64,000 nt of DNA from Eledone cirrhosa (Eukaryota): positions 15,004,001 through 15,068,000 of the forward strand of contig OZ024742.1 in NCBI GenBank assembly GCA_964016885.1, in the 5' to 3' direction. The stretch's first letter is position 1, and each line of letters opens with the position of its first letter. Below the pieces are notes generated by a model. It was not told the DNA's origin and made no database searches. It saw only the letters and a program-made list of their open reading frames with translations. Positions 11,706-23,992 of the stretch are shown here, one piece after another. The translations under genes and the position numbers were made by a program.

Positions 11706-11861
11706 GCTGGCTGTGTCCACATTCCCGGTGTACACCAGTGTGAACTGAGGGTGGTGATGTTGATATATAGCAAGAAAAAGAAATCATTTGTTGGTCTGTT
11801 GCCAAATGACCAAGCAGCTTTTATCGCTGGAATACGCCGAGTCATTGCTGAACACAAGAAG
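11706..11861 (+). CDS. MED25: Internal coding exon of Mediator subunit 25, C-terminal part of the ACID domain
   Basis: Acceptor TCTTCTATTTCCAG| at 11705 and donor AAG|GTAAGT at 11862; 156 bp, phase 0-0, in frame with the previous exon. It translates to AGCVHIPGVHQCELRVVMLIYSKKKKSFVGLLPNDQAAFIAGIRRVIAEHKK, compared with human MED25 as recalled, [52 protein letters not shown]. Confidence 0.93.
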
Positions 11862-11968
11862 GTAAGTGACTATGTAGCATTTAGTACGTTAGTACCTTTT
11901 GTATTTGCAATATGTTGTCAACATTATTGTTGTTGTTGTGTGAGCAATTGGCTTTTGTTTGCTAGTCC

Positions 11969-12050
11969 ATATAATATATAATACATACATACACACGCAC
12001 ACATACATACATATATATATATGTATATATATATGTGTATATGTATATAG

Positions 12051-12092
<42 letters not shown>
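11969..12092. repeat. Compound (TA)n/(CATA)n/(CA)n microsatellite
   Basis: Directly visible, with a pure (AT)n run at ~12053-12090. Confidence 0.95.
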
Positions 12093-12094
<2 letters not shown>

Positions 12095-12109
12095 TGTGTG
12101 TGCCGTTGG

Positions 12110-12175
12110 CTTATTATTACTCTTAATATTGTTGTTGATGTTGTTACCAGTAGTAGTAGTTGTAGTAGTAGCAGC
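12110..12175. repeat. Degenerate trinucleotide tract (TTA/GTT/AGT)n
   Basis: TTATTATTAC...GTTGTTGATGTTGTTACCAGTAGTAGTAGTTGTAGTAGTAGCAG. Confidence 0.8.
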
Positions 12176-12365
12176 TGAAGTATTTGATTAATTAATATCA
12201 AAGCAAACTATTTTCTGTTTTTGTTAGTGTATTTGTTTCTTTAATTGACTCAAATTTTTATTCAAGCATGTTTGTGTGTTAAATGTATTTTTTCTTTAAA
12301 TTTGTTTTTTCCTGTATAAAAGTGCATGTAATTTTTTTTAAAGAAATTGTTTTCTTTATTATTTT

Positions 12366-12393
12366 AATAATAATAATAATAATAATATTAATA
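12366..12393. repeat. (TAA)n microsatellite
   Basis: TAATAATAATAATAATAATAAT. Confidence 0.9.
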
Positions 12394-12565
12394 AGATTGA
12401 TTATTCTGAAACTTATTTTAGTTGACTTTATTTCACTAGAAACTTTAAAACCAATAAATGGAAGGGTTGTTATTAGGGGTAGACAGAAATGGCAGGGGTT
12501 TAGAGTTTTGAGGCTGTTCATAAGAAAATTGTTGAATTTATGGTTCATGACAGACAGTTTGAACA

Positions 12566-12844
12566 CTAACCCTTGTATAGCTAACCCTTGTATACCTAGT
12601 CCTTGTATAGCTAGCCCTTGTATACCTAGTCCTTGTAACCCTAGTCCTTGTATAGCCAACCCTTGTAACCCTAGTCCTTGTATAGCTAACCCTTGTAACC
12701 CTAATCCTTGTATACCTAGTCCTTGTATAGCTAACCCATGTAACCCTAACCCTTGTATACCTAGCCCTTGTATAGCTAACCCTTGTAACCCTAGCCCTTA
12801 TATAGCTAACCCTTGTAATCCTAGCCCTTATATAGCTAACCCTT
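12566..12844. repeat. 15-bp minisatellite (CTAACCCTTGTATAG / CTAGTCCTTGTAACC variants), ~18-19 copies
   Basis: Period 15 is visible; it produces the NPCIA/SPCIP pentapeptide repeat in ORF 12283..12888. Confidence 0.93.
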
Positions 12845-12903
12845 TTGTTCTAGAGTTCCGCTATTTGTCATTGAAACATAACCGTTAAGTCATAGTCTTA
12901 TAC

Positions 12904-13195
12904 TAAGAGATTATACTGATAGCCACAACACATACCTTATATAGTCCCTTATAAGAGATTATACTGATAGCCATAACACATACCTTATATAGTCCCTTAT
13001 AAGAGATTATACTGATAGCCATAACACATACCTTATATAGTCCCTTATAAGAGATTATACTGATAGCCATAACACATACCTTATATAGTCCCTTATAAGA
13101 GATTATACTGATAGCCATAACACATACCTTATATAGTCCCTTATAAGAGATTATACTGATAGCCATAACACATACCTTATATAGTCCCTTATAAG
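12904..13195. repeat. 48-bp minisatellite, ~6 near-identical copies
   Basis: Unit TAAGAGATTATACTGATAGCCATAACACATACCTTATATAGTCCCTTA. Confidence 0.97.
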
Positions 13196-13432
13196 CAGAT
13201 TTGTAACAAACACAATCATACAATGATTATATTACAATGTTTTCCTTTAATGTCTTCATGGTTCAGTGTCTAGCAATGTCATAATGTTAGCTCCAAGTAT
13301 AAAATAAAATGATACTGTTTTAAAAAGAAAATTTCAATAAAGTTGTCAAACAACACATCACATCTAAATTACCATTTATATATATATATTGGTGAGGTGG
13401 CACCACTTAGCTCAAACTAATCATATCTAAAT

Positions 13433-13780
13433 AGAGAGTGAGGCCTCTGCATTGAGTGAACATACTTCCAGAACACCTTACTGTCAGGGTTGGTTGCTAT
13501 GCGCTGCTGAAATTGAAGCACTGCCTTTTTTGTCACCTGTTTGATGCGGTTGGACGATTTATTTTGCCTCTTCCCATTAATGTCTGATTTGTGCAGTTTG
13601 TACTCACGTTCAGCATTGCAACGTTCTTTTCTGGCAAGACGGACTGCTGCAGTCTCCCAAATTGCACTTTTGGAATGTTTTTTCCACTTTCGTGGCACTG
13701 ATGCTGCACATGCTGTCCATATTGAGCTCAGGATGTTCTGGAGTACAGTGTTGACATCTCCAGAGTCGTAGAACTGAAGC
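13433..13780 (-). mobile_element. 348-bp internal LINE ORF2 fragment (CR1/L2/Jockey-type endonuclease-RT linker) inserted in the satellite, copy 1
   Basis: The minus frame is open throughout: LQFYDSGDVNTVLQNILSSIWTACAASVPRKWKKHSKSAIWETAAVRLARKERCNAEREYK...NRIKQVTKKAVLQFQQRIATNPDSKVFWKYVHS (DVN...VP.K...W...YK...IA....K.FW.YV pattern). It is flanked by CATATCTAAAT at 13422-13432 and 13781-13791. Confidence 0.82.
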
Positions 13781-14070
13781 CATATCTAAATTACCATATA
13801 TATTGGTGAGGTGGTACCACTAAGCTCAAACTAATCATATCTAAATTACTATATATATTGGTGAGGTGGCACCACTTAGCTCAAACTAATCATATCTAAA
13901 TTACCATATATATTGGTGAGGTGGCACCACTTAGCTGAAACTAATCATATCTAAATTACCATATATATATATTGGTGAGGTGGCACCACTTAGCTCAAAC
14001 TAATCATATCTAAATTACCATATATATTGGTGAGGTGGCACCACTTAGCTCAAACTAATCATATCTAAAT

Positions 14071-14418
14071 AGAGAGTGAGGCCTCTGCATTGAGTGAACA
14101 TACTTCCAGAACACCTTACTGTCAGGGTTGGTTGCTATGCGCTGCTGAAATTGAAGCACTGCCTTTTTTGTCACCTGTTTGATGCGGTTGGACGATTTAT
14201 TTTGCCTCTTCCCATTAATGTCTGATTTGTGCAGTTTGTACTCACGTTCAGCATTGCAACGTTCTTTTCTGGCAAGACGGACTGCTGCAGTCTCCCAAAT
14301 TGCACTTTTGGAATGTTTTTTCCACTTTCGTGGCACTGATGCTGCACATGCTGTCCATATTGAGCTCAGGATGTTCTGGAGTACAGTGTTGACATCTCCA
14401 GAGTCGTAGAACTGAAGC
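14071..14418 (-). mobile_element. Identical second copy of the LINE ORF2 fragment (638-bp tandem duplication)
   Basis: Same sequence and same flanks at an offset of 638; the ORF track gives identical peptides. Confidence 0.82.
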
Positions 14419-17069
14419 CATATCTAAATTACCATATATATTGGTGAGGTGGTACCACTAAGCTCAAACTAATCATATCTAAATTACTATATATATTGGT
14501 GAGGTGGCACCACTTAGATCAAACTAATCATATCTAAATTACCATATATATTGGTGAGGTGGCACCACTTAGCTGAAACTAATCATATCTAAATTACCAT
14601 ATATATATATTGGTGAGGTGGCACCACTTAGCTCAAACTAATCATATCTAAATTACCATATATATTGGTGAGGTGGCACCACTTAGCTCAAACTAATCAT
14701 ATCTAAATTACCATATATTTATATTGGTGAGGTGGCACCACTTAGCTCAAACTAATCATATCTAAATTACCATATATATTGGTGAGGTGGCACCACTTAG
14801 CTCAAACTAATCATATCTAAATTACCATATATTTATATTGGTGAGGTGGCACCACTTAGCTCAAACTAATCATATCTAAATTACCATATATATTGGTGAG
14901 GTGGCACCACTTAGCTCAAACTAATCATATCTAAATTACCATATATATTGGTGAGGTGGCAGCACTTAGCTCAAACTAATCATATCTAAATTACCATATA
15001 TATTGGTGAGGTGGCACCACTTAGCTCAAGTTAATCACATCTAAATTACCATATATATTGGTGAGGTGGCACCACTTAGCTCAAACTAATCATATCTAAA
15101 TTACCATATATATTGGTGAGGTGGCACCACTTAGCTGAAACTAATCATATCTAAATTACCATATATATATATTGGTGAGGTGGCACCACTTAGCTCAAAC
15201 TAATCATATCTAAATTACCATATATATTGGTGAGGTGGCACCACTTAGCTCAAACTAATCATATCTAAATTACCATATATTTATATTGGTGAAGTGGCAC
15301 CACTTAGCTCAAACTAATCATATCTAAATTACCATATATATTGGTGAGGTGGCACCACTTAGCTCAAACTAATCATATCTAAATTACCATATATATTGGT
15401 GAGGTGGCACCACTTAGCTCAAACTAATCATATCTAAATTACCATATATATTGGTGAGGTGGCACCACTTAGCTCAAACTAATCACATCTAAATTACCAT
15501 ATATTTATATTGGTGAGGTGGCACCACTTAGCTCAAACTAATCATATCTAAATTACCATATATTTATATTGGTGAGGTGGCACCACTTAGCTCAAACTAA
15601 TCATATCTAAATTACCATATATATATATTGGTGAGGTGGCACCACTTAGCTCAAACTAATCATATCTAAATTACCATATATATTGGTGAGGTGGCACCCC
15701 TTAGCTCAAACTAATTATATCTAAATTACCACATATATTGGTGAGGTGGCACCACTTAGCTCAAACTAATCATATCTAAATTACCATATATATTGGTGAG
15801 GTGGCACCACTTAACTCAAACTAATCATATCTAAATTACCATATATTTATATTGGTGAGGTGGCACCACTTAGCTCAAACTAATCATATCTAAATTACCA
15901 TATATTTATATTGGTGAGGTGGCACCACTTAGCTCAAACTAATCATATCTAAATTACCATATATTTATATTGGTGAGGTGGCACCACTTAGCTCAAACTA
16001 ATCATATCTAAATTACCATATATATATATTGGTGAGGTGGCACCACTTAGCTCAAACTAATCATATCTAAATTACCATATATATTGGTGAGGTGGCACCC
16101 CTTAGCTCAAACTAATTATATCTAAATTACCACATATATTGGTGAGGTGGCACCACTTAGCTCAAACTAATCATATCTAAATTACCATATATATTGGTGA
16201 GGTGGCACCACTTAACTCAAACTAATCATATCTAAATTACCATATATTTATATTGGTGAGGTGGCACCACTTAGCTCAAACTAATCATATCTAAATTACC
16301 ATATATTTATATTGGTGAGGTGGCACCACTTAGCTCAAACTAATCATATCTAAATTACCATATATATATATATATTGGTGAGGTGGCACCACTTAGTTCA
16401 AACTAATCATATCTAAATTACCATATATATTGGTGAGGTGGCACCACTTAGCTCAAACTAATCATATCTAAATTACCATATATATATATATTGGTGAGGT
16501 GGCACCACTTAGCTCAAACTAATCATATCTAAATTACCATATATATTGGTGAGGTGATACCACTTAGCTCAAACTAATCACATCTAAATTACCATATATA
16601 TATATATTGGTGAGGTGGCACCACTTAGCTCAAACTAATCATATCTAAATTACCATATACATATATTGGTGAGGTGGCACCACTTAGCTCAAACTAATCA
16701 TATCTAAATTACCATATATATTGGTGAGGTGGCACCACTTAGCTCAAACTAATCATATCTAAATTACCATATATATTGGTGAGGTGGCACCACTTAGCTC
16801 AAACTAATCATATCTAAATTACCATATATATTGGTGAGGTGGCACCACTTAGCTCAAACTAATCATATCTAAATTACCATATATATATATATATATTGGT
16901 GAGGTGGCACCACTAAGCTGAAACTAATCATATCTAAATTACCATATATATATATTGGTGAGGTGGCACCACTTAGCTCAAACTAATCATATCTAAATTA
17001 CCATATATATATATTGGTGAGGTGGCACCACTTAGCTCAAACTAATCATATCTAAATTACCATATATAT

Positions 17070-17130
17070 GGCCATCCAAACCCATGCAAGCGTGGAACAC
17101 GGACGTCAAACGATGATGATGATGATGATG
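17070..17130 (+). mobile_element. 61-bp 5'-truncated RTE LINE/SINE 3' stub with (GAT)n tail; first of 21 copies in the satellite
   Basis: GGCCATCCAAACCCATGCAAGCGTGGAACACGGACGTCAAAC(GAT)n. Copies start at about 17070, 19887, 22827, 24593, 27113, 27412, 29932, 31347, 33023, 36855, 38382, 39996, 41678, 43030, 44644, 46326, 47678, 50108, 53165, 55595 and 63179. Confidence 0.85.
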
Positions 17131-20100
17131 ATTGGTGAGGTGGCACCACTTAGCTCAAACTAATCATATCTAAATTACCATATATATATATATATTGGTG
17201 AGGTGGCACCACTAAGCTGAAACTAATCATATCTAAATTACCATATATATATATTGGTGAGGTGGCACCACTTAGCTCAAACTAATCATATCTAAATTAC
17301 CATATATATATATTGGTGAGGTGGCACCACTTAACTCAAACTAAACATATCTAAATTACTATATATATATATTGGTGAGGTGGCACCACTTAGCTCAAAC
17401 TAATCATATCTAAATTACCATATATATATATATTGGTGAGGTGGCACCACTTAGTTCAAACTAATCATATCTAAATTACCATATATATATATTGGTGAGG
17501 TGGCACCACTTAGCTCAAACTAATCATATCTAAATTACCATATATATATATTGGTGAGGTGGCACCACTTAACTCAAACTAAACATATCTAAATTACTAT
17601 ATATATATATTGGTGAGGTGGCACCACTTAGCTCAAACTAATCATATCTAAATTACCATATATATTGGTGAGGTGGCACCACTTAGCTCAAACTAATCAT
17701 ATCTAAATTATCATATATATATATTGGTGAGGTGGCACCACTTAGCTCAAACTAATCATATCTAAATTACCATATATATTGGTGAGGTGGTACCACTAAA
17801 CTCAAACGAATCATATCTAAATTACCATATATATTGGTGAGGTGGCACCACTTAGCTCAAACTAATCATATCTAAATTACCATATATATTGGTGAGGTGG
17901 CACCACTTAGCTGAAACTAATCATATCTAAATTACCATATATATATATTGGTGAGGTGGCACCACTTAGCTCAAACTAATCATATCTAAATTACCATATA
18001 TATTGGTGAGGTGGCACCACTTAGCTCAAACTAATCATATCTAAATTACCATATATTTATATTGGTGAGGTGGCACCACTTAGCTCAAACTAATCATATC
18101 TAAATTACCATATATATTGGTGAGGTGGCACCACTTAGCTCAAACTAATCATATCTAAATTACCATATATTTATATTGTTGAGGTGGCACCACTTACCTC
18201 AAACTAATCATATCTAAATTACCATATATATTGGTGAGGTGGCACCACTTAGCTCAAACTAATCATATCTAAATTACCATATATATTGGTGAGGTGGCAG
18301 CACTTAGCTCAAACTAATCATATCTAAATTACCATATATATTGGTGAGGTGGCACCACTTAGCTCAAGTTAATCACATCTAAATTACCATATATATTGGT
18401 GAGGTGGCACCACTTAGCTCAAACTAATCATATCTAAATTACCATATATATTGGTGAGGTGGCACCACTTAGCTGAAACTAATCATATCTAAATTACCAT
18501 ATATATATATTGGTGAGGTGGCACCACTTAGCTCAAACTAATCATATCTAAATTACCATATATATTGGTGAGGTGGCACCACTTAGCTCAAACTAATCAT
18601 ATCTAAATTACCATATATTTATATTGGTGAAGTGGCACCACTTAGCTCAAACTAATCATATCTAAATTACCATATATATTGGTGAGGTGGCACCACTTAG
18701 CTCAAACTAATCATATCTAAATTACCATATATATTGGTGAGGTGGCACCACTTAGCTCAAACTAATCATATCTAAATTACCATATATATTGGTGAGGTGG
18801 CACCACTTAGCTCAAACTAATCACATCTAAATTACCATATATTTATACTGGTGAGGTGGCACCACTTAGCTCAAACTAATCATATCTAAATTACCATATA
18901 TTTATATTGGTGAGGTGGCACCACTTAGCTCAAACTAATCATATCTAAATTACCATATATATATATTGGTGAGGTGGCACCACTTAGCTCAAACTAATCA
19001 TATCTAAATTACCATATATATTGGTGAGGTGGCACCCCTTAGCTCAAACTAATTATATCTAAATTACCACATATATTGGTGAGGTGGTACCACTTAGCTC
19101 AAACTAATCATATCTAAATTACCATATATATTGGTGAGGTGGCACCACTTAGCTCAAACTAATCATATCTAAATTACCATATATTTATATTGGTGAGGTG
19201 GCACCACTTAGCTCAAACTAATCATATCTAAATTACCATATATTTATATTGGTGAGGTGGCACCACTTAGCTCAAACTAATCATATCTAAATTACCATAT
19301 ATATATATTGGTGAGGTGGCACCACTTAGCTCAAACTAATCATATCTAAATTACCATATATATTGGTGAGGTGGTACCACTTAGCTCAAACTAATCACAT
19401 CTAAATTACCATATATATATATATTGGTGAGGTGGCACCACTTAGCTCAAACTAATCATATCTAAATTACCATATACATATATTGGTGAGGTGGCACCAC
19501 TTAGCTCAAACTAATCATATCTAAATTACCATATATATTGGTGAGGTGGCACCACTTAGCTCAAACTAATCATATCTAAATTACCATATATATTGGTGAG
19601 GTGGCACCACTTAGCTCAAACTAATCATATCTAAATTACCATATATATTGGTGAGGTGGCACCACTTAGCTCAAACTAATCATATCTAAATTACCATATA
19701 TATATATATATATTGGTGAGGTGGCACCACTAAGCTGAAACTAATCATATCTAAATTACCATATATATATATTGGTGAGGTGGCACCACTTAGCTCAAAC
19801 TAATCATATCTAAATTACCATATATATATATTGGTGAGGTGGCACCACTTAGCTCAAACTAATCATATCTAAATTACCATATACATGGCCATCCAAACCC
19901 ATGCAAGCGTGGAACACGGACGTCAAACGATGATGATGATGATGATGATTGGTGAGGTGGCACCACTTAGCTCAAACTAATCATATCTAAATTACCATAT
20001 ATATATATATATTGGTGAGGTGGCACCACTAAGCTGAAACTAATCATATCTAAATTACCATATATATATATTGGTGAGGTGGCACCACTTAGCTCAAACT

Positions 20101-23100
20101 AATCATATCTAAATTACCATATATATATATTGGTGAGGTGGCACCACTTAACTCAAACTAAACATATCTTAATTACTATATATATATATTGGTGAGGTGG
20201 CACCACTTAGCTCAAACTAATCATATCTAAATTACCATATATATATATATTGGTGAGGTGGCACCACTTAGTTCAAACTAATCATATCTAAATTACCATA
20301 TATATATATTGGTGAGGTGGCACCACTTAGCTCAAACTAATCATATCTAAATTACCATATATATATATTGGTGAGGTGGCACCACTTAACTCAAACTAAA
20401 CATATCTAAATTACTATATATATATATTGGTGAGGTGGCACCACTTAGCTCAAACTAATCATATCTAAATTACCATATATATATATATTGGTGAGGTGGC
20501 ACCACTTAGTTCAAACTAATCATATCTAAATTACCATATATATATATTGGTGAGGTGGCACCACTTAGCTCAAACTAATCACATCTAAATTACCATATAT
20601 ATTGGTGAGGTGGCACCACTTAGCTCAAACTAATCATATCTAAATTACCATATATATTGGTGAGGTGGCACCACTTAGCTCAAACTAATCATATCTAAAT
20701 TACCATATATATATATATTGGTGAGGTGGCACCACTTAGCTCAAACTAATCATATCTAAATTAACATATATACGTATATTGGTGAGGTGGTACTACTTAG
20801 CTCAAACTAATCACATCTAAATTACCATATATATTGGTGAGGTGGCACCACTTAGCTCAAACTAATCATGTCTAAATTACCATATATATTGGTGAGGTGG
20901 CACCACTTAGCTCAAACTAATCATATATAAATTACCATATATATATATATTGGTGAGGTGGCACCACTTAGCTCAAACTAATCACATCTAAATTACCATA
21001 TATATATATTGGTGAGGTGGTACCACTTAGCTCAAACTAATCACATCTAAATTACCATATATATATATTGGTGAGGTGGCACCACTTAGCTCAAACTAAT
21101 CATATCTAAATTACCATATATATATATTGGTGAGGTGGTACCACTTAGCTCAAACTAATCACATCTAAATTACCATATATATATATTGGTGAGGTGGTAC
21201 CACTTAGCTCAAACTAATCATATCTAAATTACCATATATATATATATATTGGTGAGGTGGCACCACTAAGCTGAAACTAATCATATCTAAATTACCATAT
21301 ATATATATTGGTGAGGTGGCACCACTTAGCTCAAACTAATCATATCTAAATTACCATATATATATATTGGTGAGGTGGCACCACTTAACTCAAACTAAAC
21401 ATATCTTAATTACTATATATATATATTGGTGAGGTGGCACCACTTAGCTCAAACTAATCATATCTAAATTACCATATATATATATATTGGTGAGGTGGCA
21501 CCACTTAGTTCAAACTAATCATATCTAAATTACCATATATATATATTGGTGAGGTGGCACCACTTAGCTGAAACTAATCATATCTAAATTACCATATATA
21601 TATATTGGTGAGGTGGCACCACTTAACTCAAACTAAACATATCTAAATTACTATATATATATATTGGTGAGGTGGCACCACTTAGCTCAAACTAATCATA
21701 TCTAAATTACCATATATATATATATTGGTGAGGTGGCACCACTTAGTTCAAACTAATCATATCTAAATTACCATATATATATATTGGTGAGGTGGCACCA
21801 CTTAGCTCAAACTAATCACATCTAAATTACCATATATATTGGTGAGGTGGCACCACTTAGCTCAAACTAATCATATCTAAATTACCATATATATTGGTGA
21901 GGTGGCACCACTTAGCTCAAACTAATCATATCTAAATTACCATATATATATATATTGGTGAGGTGGCACCACTTAGCTCAAACTAATCATATCTAAATTA
22001 ACATATATACGTATATTGGTGAGGTGGTACTACTTAGCTCAAACTAATCACATCTAAATTACCATATATATTGGTGAGGTGGCACCACTTAGCTCAAACT
22101 AATCATGTCTAAATTACCATATATATTGGTGAGGTGGCACCACTTAGCTCAAACTAATCATATCTAAATTACCATATATATATATATTGGTGAGGTGGCA
22201 CCACTTAGCTCAAACTAATCACATCTAAATTACCATATATATATATTGGTGAGGTGGTACCACTTAGCTCAAACTAATCACATCTAAATTACCATATATA
22301 TATATTGGTGAGGTGGCACCACTTAGCTCAAACTAATCATATCTAAATTACCATATATATATATTGGTGAGGTGGTACCACTTAGCTCAAACTAATCACA
22401 TCTAAATTACCATATATATATATTGGTGAGGTGGTACCACTTAGCTCAAACTAATCATATCTAAATTACCATATATATTGGTGAGGTGGCACCACTTAGC
22501 TCAAACTAATCATATCTAAATTACCATATATATTGGTGAGGTGGCACCACTTAGCTCAAACTAATCATATCTAAATTACCATATATATTGGTGAGGTGGC
22601 ACCACTTAGCTCAAACTAATCATATCTAAATTACCATATATATATATATATATTGGTGAGGTGGCACCACTAAGCTGAAACTAATCATATCTAAATTACC
22701 ATATATATATATTGGTGAGGTGGCACCACTTAGCTCAAACTAATCATATCTAAATTACCATATATATATATTGGTGAGGTGGCACCACTTAGCTCAAACT
22801 AATCATATCTAAATTACCATATATATGGCCATCCAAACCCATGCAAGCGTGGAACACGGACGTCAAACGATGATGATGATGATGATGATTGGTGAGGTGG
22901 CACCACTTAGCTCAAACTAATCATATCTAAATTACCATATATATATATATATTGGTGAGGTGGCACCACTAAGCTGAAACTAATCATATCTAAATTACCA
23001 TATATATATATTGGTGAGGTGGCACCACTTAGCTCAAACTAATCATATCTAAATTACCATATATATATATTGGTGAGGTGGCACCACTTAACTCAAACTA

Positions 23101-23643
23101 AACATATCTTAATTACTATATATATATATTGGTGAGGTGGCACCACTTAGCTCAAACTAATCATATCTAAATTACCATATATATATATATTGGTGAGGTG
23201 GCACCACTTAGTTCAAACTAATCATATCTAAATTACCATATATATATATTGGTGAGGTGGCACCACTTAGCTCAAACTAATCATATCTAAATTACCATAT
23301 ATATATATTGGTGAGGTGGCACCACTTAACTCAAACTAAACATATCTAAATTACTATATATATATATTGGTGAGGTGGCACCACTTAGCTCAAACTAATC
23401 ATATCTAAATTACCATATATATATATATTGGTGAGGTGGCACCACTTAGTTCAAACTAATCATATCTAAATTACCATATATATATATTGGTGAGGTGGCA
23501 CCACTTAGCTCAAACTAATCACATCTAAATTACCATATATATTGGTGAGGTGGCACCACTTAGCTCAAACTAATCATATCTAAATTACCATATATATTGG
23601 TGAGGTGGCACCACTTAGCTCAAACTAATCATATCTAAATTAC

Positions 23644-23992
23644 CATCATCATCATCATCATCATTTCATTTTACATCCGCTTTTTCCCTGCTTGCAAGGG
23701 TGGGATGGGAACTGATGCTGGCTTGATTTCTACAGCTGGATGCCCTTCCTAACACCAACCTCATTTACAGTGAGTGCTGGGTGCTTTTTTGCCGTGGCAC
23801 CTCCACGACCACTTTACAGTGGAATGATAGGGACACCAGTCCCTATCATCTCATTTCTACAGCTGAGTAAACTGGAGCAATGTGAAATAAAGTGCCTTGC
23901 TCAAGGAAACAACACATCACCCGGTCTGAGAATTGAACTCACAACCTTTCGATTGCAAGGCCAATGCTCTAACCACTAAGCCATGTGCCTCC
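23644..23992 (-). mobile_element. Full-length tRNA-derived SINE inserted in the satellite (single copy)
   Basis: Reverse complement of the 8524-8868 SINE: (CAT)n tail on the left and ...AACCACTAAGCCATGTGCCTCC head on the right. Confidence 0.95.

Noticed and set aside
9400-11981. ORF-track boundaries 9400..9684 and 11751..11981 as complete genes
   Set aside because: MED25 homology is confined to the splice-site-bounded segments 9462-9627 and 11706-11861; the rest is intronic read-through.
12566-12844. Telomeric repeat (CCCTAA)
   Set aside because: Only isolated CTAACCC motifs occur within a 15-bp unit; there is no tandem (TTAGGG)n.
12279-13223. ORFs 12279..12659, 12283..12888 (Cys/Pro repeat) and 12903..13223
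   Set aside because: They are translations of (TAA)n, 15-bp and 48-bp tandem repeats in AT-rich intron sequence, with no convincing exon structure.
13541-14409. Plus-strand 76-aa ORFs as MED25 exons
   Set aside because: They are antisense to the LINE ORF2 frame, are duplicated with the satellite, and show no resemblance to MED25.
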